The translations under genes were made by a program, and so were the position numbers. Positions 24,591-36,868 of a stretch of DNA of 64,000 bases are shown piece by piece. The notes beneath the pieces are model-generated. The model saw only the letters and a program-made list of their open reading frames with translations. It made no database searches and had not been told where the DNA came from. Source of the stretch: Phoronis australis (lineage: Eukaryota; Animalia; Phoronida); contig NMRA01000588.1 of assembly GCA_002633005.1 (NCBI GenBank), forward strand, positions 1 through 64,000, read 5' to 3'. How positions within the stretch are numbered: position 1 is the first letter of the stretch; the number at the start of each line of letters is the position of its first letter.

Positions 24591-25676
24591 TTCGTGAGCT
24601 GCCCCTTAAGAATTTTCCAATTGGAACACGAAAAGGGTGGCCACTTGAATGTCATCAATGGTCCTCTTCAAGAACTGGGCCTCTAAATATGAAAAGATCT
24701 ATATTTTCAAAAATCAGGAAACGCGCAGCCATTGATGTTACCCGCCAGGCCATCAATTTTCTCAAGTGATACACAATTTAGAGAAAGAAAAACACGAAAA
24801 AATAGAGTGACAGTTGTCTTTGTTATCCTTTGCTAGAGCAGGGCCTCTGGAAAATATAATTTTGCATTTGTGCATTGGCAAAACTGTCTTATTGAATTTA
24901 AAAATGCCGTGAATTAATATGCTCCGCAAAAGCTTCGCTTTACGAATTTTCTCGATTTTTTGAAATACAAGTGCGTTTAGACGATCTACATGTACGCAGC
25001 AAAAACGGAGACCCTAACAACATTATGCTGGCCAGGGCCCTCAAAGGGTAAACCATGCATTGATACTGAGTTTTCAAATGTTCTCTTGAATTTTCTCTCT
25101 TATCGGTACTCGTAGTCTTTCTTTTCTCGACTGTCCCCGGCCTCAAGTCTTTGCCGGTTGCTATGGTTTAGCCCTGACGCCTGAAAATTTTTGCCCCCCC
25201 CCCGCTTCCTATGGCCCTGCTGAGTAAGACACAGTCCATGTGTTGCCGTACGTGGAGGCACTGGCTTGGTATGGGAGAAGCTATATGTTCTTGACTGAAC
25301 AGCGGCTGAAGCTGAAAGAAGAGTTAGAACTTACTACAGACTACTCTACCATTTCTAGACGCTGAGCCCACAACTTGTGGTCAAAACACCAACACACCCG
25401 GTTTGTTATGAACTATGCAATTTTTAGTGATTGCACTACATATATAATGAGATTTCTTCAAAAAATCCTAAACTTTACAAAGGTTATGAAACAAAAATTA
25501 CAACAAAAGAAAATATTCAACTCCGAATCGAGCTGATTGATTACCCCCGGCGTTTTGTAATGTACCTTGAAATCGGCAAGAAAATGTGGAAGTATGTTAA
25601 CATTAAGTATGATCATGCATGGCACGAGTGAATGACTGCGGAAGCCAACATACATGTACTATGGTTCAATTTCAGA

Positions 25677-25805
25677 ATGAGCTCACCCAAACAAGTGATA
25701 ACAGGCGGCGGAAAATACCGCGGCAAAGGTGATAAAGCCGATCTGGACAACCATGCTAACCAGTGTAACCCTAACAACAGCGAATACAAAGGGCACAAAA
25801 CTTAA
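25677..25805 (+). CDS. Micropeptide gene B coding exon 1: MSSPKQVITGGGKYRGKGDKADLDNHANQCNPNNSEYKGHKT* (42 aa)
   Basis: Acceptor TTTCAG ends at 25675, ATG at 25677. TAA at 25803-25805 is followed immediately by the donor GTGAGT. Paralogous to 10714-10829. Confidence 0.8.
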   Translation: MSSPKQVITGGGKYRGKGDKADLDNHANQCNPNNSEYKGHKT

Positions 25806-25820
25806 GTGAGTCGTTTAGTA

Positions 25821-28047
25821 TAGACCCAATTCACGCGGCGGACATTAAAATCCAAAGCGAGGCTCACTGCGATAAACAAAGCGGAAATTTACATTGCGTG
25901 AGTTAAATGGCCGGTCTTTGGAGTCCAACCTGAATATTAAATCTTAAAAAAATGTGTCAATAATTAACCACAGAGACGTAGAAAAATACAGTGCACCAAA
26001 GAGTTGTCTGACGAAAGGATATAAGTTTTTTTCCGGAAAACTAGATTCGAAACATGAAAAGTAAACATGACCAAATTGCGGCGATCGTAGTGTTACGGAA
26101 TAGGTATCATGCTGAATGCAGGGTTACGTTTCTTCTAATAAATTCTTGATAAAAATGCTTTCTACATGAGCCAGGTCATCTGGTCGTATTGTTGACGAGT
26201 TGAAGATATATTCGACAGTGGTGGCTCATAGCATTTTGCTGTCAGGTGCAATTAGTCACATCTGGTTTAATTTGTTGATCAAGAGTAGGCCTATTAGCTT
26301 CAAGCATAGCCTAGGTCCTGGTGAGGTAGGCACTACCGGGACTAACAGTTGATTTGTCATTGTTCTGAAATAATACTTGATGTTATTAAATATATATTTT
26401 GATAACGATAAAAAATCAGGCTCGCAATTGAAAATGAAAATTATATGACCATGAATTCTGCGTTCTTGGTTTTAATAATTACGTCTATTTCATGTGTTAT
26501 ATTTTTCAAATATCAATCTCGACCAAGTTGAATTTTAAAATTAAAACACCTTATTCCCTTCGTCCAAAGCATAACCTCGTTTTAGAGCTCAATTTCAGTT
26601 AACTGGACAGAACACAGTGGCGGATTTAAAGGGGAGCCAAGGAGACCATGCCCCCCTAAAATTCGCCCAGATTCCATTTGGCAGTTCAGGAGCGCGAATA
26701 TCTGAGGGGAAAAATCCTGGTTAATAATCTGCCTTGCTCCCCCCCACAACTCAGAGTCCTGGATCCCCCTGGAACAAGCATAGTTATCATGTTTCTTCAG
26801 AGGTCTCGTTCTTATCCGAGGGGAAAGGTGCCTGTGCGGCCTTTTGAGAGGGGAACGTTTCGCCGAGTGACGGGTCAGTGAAAAATCTACTGACCTCCCG
26901 ATCACCAGCAACAGCATACCGCCTTGTTTCAAGCTCTCATAATAGCTCTGTCTCAAGTAGCATTTTCAGTGGCTGATCTAGGATACCATGAGGGGGGGCG
27001 ACATCCTCGGAGAAGCGGGCAAAGCGCGATTGTAGTGTACGCAGGCGGCCCGGAAGTTGCGGGAGCCGAGGATGTATGCCTTCTGCTAAGGAAATCTGTC
27101 ATTGGACAAAAAACGAAACGTGTTTTCCCCCTCGTCCGCTACCGGTCCTAGCTCGAACTCAGTATAGTCAGGCAGTCATAACGCTAAATCGTCGTGAGAG
27201 ACCGTCCGGAGTTGGTACATGGTGCAACTCCGGACGGTCTGGGCTCAACACTGAGAAATCCACAGTTCTACTGTGAGTCTACAGAACGAGAGTAGTTCTA
27301 CTTGCCGCGTTAGCTGCAGGTATCATTATCGTTTTTATGACACAAAATGTGTAATTGGGCAAAGACTTTTCAACTTAACGTATATAAACCAGTGGAGCGT
27401 GAGATCCCTGAGGTCCCTTTCAAGTCCTCACGACAATCATTCTATGGTCCTCGAGTGACGTTTTGCTGTTTTTTTTGTTGTTTGCGGCAGTCAAGGGGGG
27501 GGGGGGGGCNTACTTTTCAAATTGTCACCTATGTGGCACAGGTGATTTGAACCGTTGGAGAGAAATTTTCAATCACTAAGGGAATTTTTAGGCCTCGTGG
27601 GAGCGGGAATTTCGATTGATTTTTCAATATTTTTGAGAGGGGATAGGGCCGATATTTGGCCCCAAAATTGAGGGATTGAAGGCCGTGTCCTTTTTGTAAA
27701 GAAAAATGCATCACGCTTTAACCCATAGTCATGAAAACACAGCCTGGCTGGCCGAAGATTCTTCGGTTCTCGTTTCTATGGCGGCAACCGAGATGCAACA
27801 AATCAGTATGATTCGAAAACAGTTATAAATTTTACACGGACATATTTTCCTTCGTCGCGGCGTATGTCAAGGACCCAACGCTTCCGAATCCTAACGTCCT
27901 TAGGGATTGTAAAACAGACAGTTGAGTGTCCGTATTTTTTCTAGCTGTTCGAGCAACGCGGAGTACAACTACGCGGATAAGCCACCAGAGCGCATCGTAG
28001 CGAGCCTCGTTTTCGAACGCGCCTCCTGTCGGCGTGAATAGGGTCTA
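25821..28047. mobile_element. Non-autonomous TIR element with TAG...CTA termini (possibly Academ-like), in intron 2 of gene B
   Basis: TA|TAGACCCAATTCACGC ... GCGTGAATAGGGTCTA|TA. Homology to gene A intron 2 stops before it and resumes directly after it. Confidence 0.7.
26615..26771. mobile_element. Short CAGTGGCGG-type MITE with 5-bp TSD
   Basis: CAGTGGCGGATTT...GGATCCCCCTG flanked by GAACA/GAACA. A sister copy lies at 35255-35399. Confidence 0.75.
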
Positions 28048-31000
28048 TATTGCTTTTACTGAGTGCTCTACAGACGTTCAGCTGAGTCACGTATTTCTTG
28101 AATGTACTACTTCAAGGATGAATCAACGTTCAAAACCACGTGACTTGCCTGGACTGCAAAGAGACCGGCCACGTGCCCGGACTTCAAAACCACTGGGAGC
28201 CTGCTGGACTGCAAAACCGAATGGCCCGTGTTCTAACATGGTGGTCAAACCTCAAAACGGGTTGGCTGGTACCTCAAAACCGTAGTGTCAGCACCCAAAA
28301 AGCTGGTTGGTAGGACTTAAAACAAGTACATAAATACGCCCCCGGCTACGGTGTGTTGTGCCCAGCCAACTAGTTTTTTGGATGAGGCCATTGCGTGTTG
28401 GAGTCCGCCGGGACTACACGTTATCTATCTATAGTCACCGGCCATTTGTTTTGCTGTACAGCCGACTGGTTTTAANTTTTATTTTATGAAATGAAAGTAA
28501 CATGTTTTGTCAACATTTTGGCTAAGTTTCATTCTCATAACAGTGGGGGCAGATTTGGTACAGCAGTGTATTGAACACAACCTCAAAATGGCATAACGGG
28601 GGGGAGTGTAGTAAAATCACTAAATGATGGTGGTAAATCGGAATCGTGTTTCAAGACATCTGTGTAACAATCTACAGGCACCACTAAACAATGCCCAGTG
28701 AATAATAAATCAATAGCTTTCATTCAAGGAAAAATATGAACAGTTAAAACTGGACAGTTTTTATACCGTGAAAACATGGCTGCGAAGCCGTAAAATGTGT
28801 TTGAGCCTATAACTTTAGAAAAACGCAATATTTTGAGGAAATATTTTACCGCTGTTTATAGATTCCATAGGACTACCTATGTGCCAAATTTGGTGAAAAT
28901 CGGCTGACCCCCACCTTGCCGCTCATGGCTGGTGCTCTCGTGGACTAGTACTTAAAGTCCGACAATTGTTGATGCCCCTCTCACGGTACTTTCAGAGCTA
29001 CTATTTTAACTTTTTACTGAAACTGGCTTCATTAGGCTAACCCTTACTTAACAGACCGATTGCCTTACACGTTCATGTAACTCTAAGTTTCATCATAGAA
29101 TATAGTAGACTCGAAGGACTTTCCGCCAATGCCAATGGATAAACTCTGTGATAGTACGCACAAGCCGAGACGTCACTATATTCAGCGGGCGGCACCTGTA
29201 CCCTCTGACACAGCGTCACCTATACTGAAAAATGGCACTGTGGAAACATGATGACCAACACACGGAATTCCGTGTGGGCATCAGTGCGCATGCTTAGGTC
29301 AAAAGTATACCGATCACATCGCCACCACTTGGACACGCCGTTATGCACTGCGCCCTGCTTGGGCTTAAGCCACTGGATCGGAGTCCTTGATTGTTTACTT
29401 CGACCACTGCCCGTTTTAATAAATAACAACTATTCAGGTCAGAGGTGGTCGCCGTATTTGGAAACAGTAAACTGAAAGGGCTTTTCCAGATTTCAACTAA
29501 TGGGAATGACTGAATGTCGGTCTCATTACTTTAACCAATGAGAAGCCATGTTAAACAACATACGACAGTGCTACCTTGAATCGATTTTTACAAAGACAAA
29601 CGGGGACAAACAGCATAAAGTGTTGTATACATTTATGAGAGAGGAATACAAAAACAACCTTTGTATACTATTTTTTCTCCAAAAATAGAGTTTCTCCACG
29701 AATCTTGATACTGTAGAATTTCCTCTTGATCTACGTATTTTACTTGAGAATTTATGCCGGAAATCCAATAGCTTGAGCATCAGTATTATCCAAATTTAAA
29801 GTAATCCAGTGATTTTTAAATGTTTAGCAAGGGAGGTTTCATCAATTGTCAGCACTACTTTTCAAGAGGACCTGGGCTACAGTACCTCAGAGTGTACAGA
29901 TGCTTGAAATAGCAGCATCATCATATGCAATAATTTATATTCATTATCAATGATGACGTATATTTACCATTGGCAAAACACAGCCTCCAAATCAACATTA
30001 CAGGATGCCATTTATGTAGACGTTTCCCTACAATGCGCTTTTCTATAAAATGGACCTGTCTGTAGTAAACTATGGTATTCATAATATGCTACGCGCAGTG
30101 GGACTGAATTTCATACAGAGTAAAATTCGGGACTTCCAAAACACATGATCTGAGTTGACATCTCACACAAATATCAAAATTATGAAAATGCCACTCAAAT
30201 TGAAAAGTATTCCATTGAAAAATAGCACCCCTGTCAGCGACAAGTCCCCACAACCGCCATCAAATAATTTGCTATCTCCCAGGGTATATTTTCCCTACGG
30301 CCGAGTTTTTTCGTTATTGTGGATTGTGAATGAGTTTCTATAGTTTTAGCTACTTTGACCGGAGAAAGGATTTTTCGAAAATCGTGATCTTCGCTTTCGT
30401 GAATTTTTAGCTCTTATAACGATGTGAAATGTCCACAAATCGACAACTATATGCAGGGTAAACCAGAGATGGTAATGTTTTAAAAGAAGCTTGCGTTTGT
30501 CTATAAATTGTTTTGCCATTTCATTGGTTTTTGTTATTACTGTTTATTTTTTTGTTCTTTTCTTTTAATGGCTCAGACGTTGATGACTTTCGATTTTTAA
30601 AATTTCCACGATAACCCAAACGGCAATTTTAGCTCACAAAATACGAGCTGGTACTCGCCAAATCGGACCCTGGAATATTTAACGACAGAATTAAGTAGGC
30701 CTAGTATTCTGCCCAAAGCATGCTCTGAAACATGCATCCTCGAAATGGCAGGAAAAAATAAACGCAGTCTTCCTTTAAAAAATCAATCTTTCCTACTTAT
30801 GCATGTGACTAACTGGTGTTCTCAAAGTTGACTGTGGTGTCTGTGGACAGTGTGAAAGCATAAACCTTTGTATTTCGTCTGTGTGGCCGAGCAACCGACA
30901 ACACAACAGACGACGTACTTGCCGGAAGTAAGACATCGTAACTTAGCGGGTGCCGCTAGTGAATAGTGACGTCACAGATTGTGCGTAAGGTCACAGATTT

Positions 31001-31167
31001 TGTCCTTGAAAATATACGGAGTTAGCGGTCTATGTACTATAGTCTATACCCATGAAACATATGTTCCAATATCAAAAACTGTTTTTCGTTGGTATATCGC
31101 TCTACTAAAGCATAACCATCGCGTTTTTATCCTTGGTCATCAAAGACTAAAAATATTGTGTTTTCAG

Positions 31168-31273
31168 GGGTTACCAAGGTAAAGGTACCGACGAGGACTT
31201 AGCGAACCACGCTAACCAATTGAACCCCAATAACCCACGCTTTAAACCCCGAGGGAAAAAAGAAGACAAGTAG
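31168..31273 (+). CDS. Micropeptide gene B second repeat exon: GYQGKGTDEDLANHANQLNPNNPRFKPRGKKEDK* (frame link to upstream exon broken by 1 nt as assembled)
   Basis: Acceptor ATATTGTGTTTTCAG is identical to gene A. The frame is open and the motif conserved with synonymous changes (TTG/TTA, AAC/AAT, CCG/CCA, GGC/GGT). TAG at 31271-31273. Confidence 0.65.
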
Positions 31274-31811
31274 CTTTGAAGAAAAGGCACCCGACGACAT
31301 GGAAATGGGTCTGAAATTAATAACAAGACATTAACGTGTGCTTTTGAGAAATGATGTGCTTGTACACCGTAAAACTGTCGATGTCGTCGTGCAACAATGA
31401 TTTTCAAAACTGCTGGGTTTGGTGATAATGACGGCTAAAACTTACATTAAACAGAATCTTATGGATTTTCTACATCTGAAGGATTCTTTAATAAAGATGC
31501 AAAAAGTCCTCAAAGCTGCGTGTCCTTAAATTCTCTAACAATAATTGCAAAATATTTAACCGGGGTCTTCGGAAAAATCTGATTCGCGATTACTGTATAG
31601 AGAATGTAAGGACACGTGGTTTTCGAGATTTTTATGCCGGATCAAATTTTACGATTCAGTTCTATGTACAACACGCCAAAAATATGTTAATTTGAAAGTT
31701 AGCTGCCTCATTTGCAAAACTTGGGCCCAGGCAGCTCTAAATTTGAAGAACCGCATACTGAAAATCTTAACAAATATGTTTTGTCATGATTGTATTGAAA
31801 ATTGGCTCTGA

Positions 31812-31817
31812 AATAAA
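31812..31817 (+). terminator. Candidate polyadenylation signal of gene B
   Basis: AATAAA at the position homologous to 12802-12807. Confidence 0.5.
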
Positions 31818-34304
31818 GTATTAAAACTCTGTCATTTGTTTCTTTAAAATTGGCGTCATGCAAACGAAAGACTCGCTAAGCATTTCGCAAATTTATTGTT
31901 TTTATTAGTACGCTAATTACATACATTAAAATGGTACATGCGAGCTTTTTACCAGGCCATCACATTTTGTGCCATTTCTTAGTTGGCTGAACGTTGTTGC
32001 ATGTCAATGAAAAATATTGCATACAAGTTTACAATCATAAAAGTTTTCAGTACTTTTCCAGATATCAAAATTATCAGAAAGTGATTTTTTTAAATACAGT
32101 TATCATAAATATGTAACATTACAGTGTACTGAACAATGAACACATAGTACATACACGCACGCACTCACTTAATGGTCGTTTAATTTTCATTAACATGAGC
32201 AAGTTTTAACCATCTATTTCTAAATTCATCAAACTGTCTTTTTTCAAAAAATGTATTTCTCACAAAAGCATTAATAGATGGTAAAGCGCCCCCCCAATCT
32301 TTGACTGTATATGTGATATTTTTCTAGAACCAAACTTAATTTTGTGGATGAACATTTGTTACTAATTCCAAAACAACATTAGCGCTCATTAATGTTTCAT
32401 CGCTATCACAGAAGTAATATTTGAAAATGCGTGTAAAAATATGCTGTAATTTTTATTTGAATCTATCGGTTTTTAGGTTTTGGTCAATTATTTCTCTGTT
32501 CATGAAATTAACTCCCCGCAGTGAAGCGGGTTAGAATTAGGCTCACCGTGACAGGCAAAACGTGAGTTTAGCCCTAATTACTACATAGGAAATATTAAAT
32601 TTAGTGTCTCTATTTGACGGATTTGATTAGATATCATTCTATTTTGATATTCTAATATCTATCCAAATCGGCCTACATAATTAAAATGGCCAACTTAGTA
32701 CCAAGACAACGACCGTTTAGGCAACATCGCACGCTTTTGAGATACAGTGTACCGAAGCCGTAAACACCTCATATTTATCTGATAGTAGCGCTACTGGTTC
32801 TAATTATAAAATGACGCCAAAGACTAGCTGCACTTCCTTGCTGTTTTCCTTGGTTGGGAGCTGTCGGGGACTTGCAAAGTGTACTGTCCTGCAGCGACAC
32901 CAACGTACGGTCTGTACCAGACAGAAGAATATGTTATCTTCCACCTAGGTCACGTAAATGTTACTGAGCAAAACCATACCATTGTTGTTTCCAACAGTAT
33001 CCATTCAACAATAACCAACTGACGAGGTTTCCAAGCATTCATAAGGAGGCAAATGAAACATTTTTTTTTTGTTTATTGGCAAATAAGGAGCTGTTTTAAA
33101 ATCACACTACTTTGCAGAAACATGATATCATTTAAAACGTCTTAACGTATGTGCGGAGGTAATCGCATTGGAAGTGAAACTGCGCACTTGCAAACACAAA
33201 ACATTTGCAAGTAAAGTTAAAGTACCAAATTTACTCAAAAGACGTCGCGCGCGCGCCTACATACGAGTAATAGAGCGTCCTCTGTGACCCTTTTGTACAA
33301 TAACGATAAAATTACGATCAATCGTGGGATTTATTAGTAGTCAAGCTTCATGAACTTCCAATAAATATTAAAAACTTCACACTAGACCTGCACTCGAGTT
33401 AGCGTTTAGTTGATCTGCAATGGCCGGTTTGTCGCGTTAAGTCACGATGTCGATTACGCTGTCCGCCCGTAATTAATCGGTAATTTCGTACCGTCCTTGA
33501 CCTCGAACCGTCAAAGTGCCAAGTGTGTTTGGGCTTTTCGGGAACATTTTTGTTATTTGACAGCGAATTTCTTGCGAACTCGTTGGAGCAGGACACCGTG
33601 AATGGTATTATAAGAAAGAACAATTTCTCATGGTTTGTTGAACCCCTGTTTTGTGTAAATTTATTGTGATATGTCTTTGATGTGAACGGCTGAATCGAAG
33701 CACCCGTGGAATTTCTAGTCCCGAGGGTCATACCTTGTTTATATGTGTGTATGGGGACGATCAGAAGCAGAGGACGCCTGTGGGTTAACACTCTTTCGCA
33801 ATGACACTTTTCAATATAGGCGGCGCTGTGTCAGAGAGTACCAATGGCCCTGTTCTACTAAACTTAGGGAAAGAGTACGTTAACCTGAATGGACATAATT
33901 TCACACTTTTATTATTTGTTTTCTGTTGTATACTCGTTTACAATATATTCCATGTAACGTTGAGATACTAGTTTAGTTAACAGACTTTTCAAACTGTTTT
34001 TATTGAAGAAATTACACATTCGTCGGTTCCTCGCCCTTTCCTAAAAAACTTGAATCTGCCATTCACAGAAGAGCAGACGAGACGATTACACTTTGCCGGG
34101 AACGACATTTGTAACGTTGGTAGGTCTTTGATTTGATTTGGTCACGTTGTTTTTTTCTGTTTTTGATTTTCAAACCTGTCGAATCGACTCCCTTTTAAAA
34201 TTGCAAAAAGCAGCGAAAAGCCAACCGAGCACACGCCCCGACTCGTTGCTCCAGCAAGTCAGAGCTTGTTCTATGCTCATATGGAGTCGAGCTTGTGCAG
34301 ACTT

Positions 34305-34390
34305 GGTCGAGGGGGGTCGCGGGTCGTCGGTCATGGGTCGAGGGTGTCGTGGGTCGAGAGTGTCGTGGGTCAAGGGTGTCGTGGGGTGGG
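34305..34390 (+). repeat. GGGTCG-rich simple repeat
   Basis: GGGTCGAGGGTGTCGT-like 16-bp unit x about 3, plus degenerate copies. Confidence 0.7.
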
Positions 34391-35254
34391 AGGTCTACTG
34401 AGGGGTTTTAGAACAATCCGATTTCAACCATTCATTCAACAATGTCCAACTGACGGTGTTTCCTAAGTCATCGCCCGGCCTTTATTTAAAATTGTTCAAA
34501 TTGGCAAATCACGAGCTGCTTAAAAAACACAAATTATGTTACCACTAAAAACTGCTTTCAAATTATTATTTGCCTTACAATCGTGTTAAAAATAAAGTTT
34601 CACCTAACTCTTTTGGTTCGCATAAAACCGGTTCCATAGTCGCTCTGACTATGAAATCCTAAACGGATCCAGGGAAGGGGTCCAGGCACCCCTTATGAGC
34701 CAAAGCTTCAAAGAAAAACCACGAGAATAATAAACGATTTCTATCTGGTTCATTTCTATAAGACGCAAAGGTCACGATACTAAATTTCGTTACCGGCTTT
34801 ATACTCATTCAGAATTTTCTTCAGAAATCTCTCGTTTTACTTCGACTTTCGACCTCCCCTTTCGTAAAAAGTTGGGTACGTCTTTGAATTGCGCACTTTC
34901 AGACATTTTAATGCTTAAAAGCATTACCTGCTTGATTTGATCTTATAATTACAAGCAAATTACTTCGTTCTGTATGCGGACTCACGAAATGTCGCAGATT
35001 TGACGACTATTTGTTTGGCTTCTAGCAAGGCGCCGGGATATCACCAAAGATATTATACAGTATCTTTGATATCACGGCAGCCGGAACTCTACTTAGTGGC
35101 TGATATGGTCATCCTTTCATGTGAACCAATAACATTTCTCTGTTCAATCGTTGTCCCATCAGTCACGTGGTCGGTGAAAGTGGAGTAATATCTCAGTCAA
35201 GTGCAAATCACGATGTTTAAACTTAGTGTGTGTTTGGAGTTACAGTATAGATAG

Positions 35255-35399
35255 CAGTGGCGGATTTAGATGGGAGACCAAGGGGGCCATGCCCCCCTAA
35301 AATTCCGTTGGGCAGTTCGGGGGTGCGAATGTCTGACGGGCAAAATCCTGGCTAATACTCTGCCCTGCCCCCCAACTCAAAACTCTGGATCCGTCCTTG
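35255..35399. mobile_element. Short CAGTGGCGG-type MITE
   Basis: Colinear with 26615-26771. Flanks GATAG/GATGG form a 5-bp TSD with one mismatch. Confidence 0.7.
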
Positions 35400-36353
35400 G
35401 ATGGGTTGTTCTGAATGAATATTTTGATCGGAAACCTGCAACTTTGATTGTTTGATTCTTAAATGTTACCGATTGTGTAACCGATCGTCCATTAAGATTT
35501 ACCTTCACCATGTCTTCGAGGCAGGTGCCTTCCAACAATATTTTACGATTATTTGTATAAAAATAAATGCCACTTCCTAATACTTAAACAGCATTTGGTC
35601 ACGTTTAGCAGGATGTCGCGGTTTCCAGAAAAAAAAGTACAGCTGTTCGTTAGTAATGTAAATTGTATCGTTTTTTTAAACGTTACACGTATCTCACTAG
35701 TAAGTGTTACTTTGCTTGTAAATAAACTGCAGTATATGACCATGAAACAGCGCATCTCACCGTTCTAACAGATACTGGTGGCTGTTTTCTCATTGTCCAT
35801 AGGTACTGGATAGTAGGAAACCGCAGGGATCGGGGACAGGTCACGTGCTTAACTGAATCGATTTCCTCAATGCAAATGTGACAAGTGAATGAAAATGCGG
35901 CCATTACGCTTGAGAGTTTTAGGGCAAGTAGTTAACAAAGGTGTTTACTCCTGTCTATGAAGCTAAGACCGGAGAAAAAAGCTCGATTTTAATTTGCACA
36001 AAAAAGATCTTCATCTTGGCTCGTGAAGGCAATCGTTAAAGGCATTCAGTCGGTTTTTTGGTCGAAAAATGTATTTAAAGGCTAATTTTGGGTAGGGATG
36101 AATGTTTGAGGCTCTTAGCTTTGACTGGATTCATAAAACAGAAACATCTGTGTATATTTTTGTGATTTCATTACAAGTCGCCGATTCCTAGCACCGGCTG
36201 CCAGTCAAATAGTACCTGAAATCGAGGCGGCGGCTTCATCATCTGTTTCGTTGTTAGGTGCCGTGAAAATTGATTTTAGGGGTAAACCTTATAGTGTTTC
36301 CAGTCTTCAACTGGCTAAAAACGAAAATCGAAATAAGCTTTTTACTCACAGAA

Positions 36354-36868
36354 AATCTATAATACTCCTTACAATAACATGGCTCTATATCACACACAAT
36401 CTATAATACTCCTTATAATAACATGACTCTATATCACACACAATCTATAATACTCCTTACAATAATATGACTCTATATTACACACAATCTATAATACTCC
36501 TTACAAAAATATGGCTCTATATCAAACACAATCTATAATACTCCTTACAATAATATGACTCTATATTACACACAATCTATAATACTCCTTACAATAATAT
36601 GACTCTATATCACACACAATCTATAATACTCCTTACAATAATATGACTATATCACACACAATCTATAATACTCCTTACAATAATATGACTCTATATCACA
36701 CACAATCTATAATACTCCTTGCAATAATATGACTCTATATCACACACAATCTATAATACTCCTTACAATAATATGACTCTATATCACACACAATCTATAA
36801 TACTCCTTATAATAACATGACTCTATATCACACACAATCTATAATACTCCTTACAAAAACACGGCTCT
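36354..36868 (+). repeat. 44-bp minisatellite, about 11-12 copies
   Basis: Unit ACACAATCTATAATACTCCTTACAATAATATGACTCTATATCAC repeated head-to-tail with few substitutions and no unique spacers. Confidence 0.95.

Noticed and set aside
25613-25798. Minus-strand ORFs overlapping micropeptide exons (also 31171-31407)
   Set aside because: These are antisense shadows. Splice signals, promoter and silent-site pattern all support the plus strand.
5755-26620. CACAGTG heptamers (5755, 6354, 26613) suggesting RSS/Transib/ProtoRAG ends
   Set aside because: They arise from flanking CA plus the CAGTGGCGG terminus. Other copies (21332, 17479, 35255) lack the CA, and I saw no nonamer or RAG-like ORF.
36354-36868. 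Possible CRISPR array
   Set aside because: The units are contiguous 44-bp repeats with no unique spacers, there are no cas genes, and the context is eukaryotic. It is a minisatellite.
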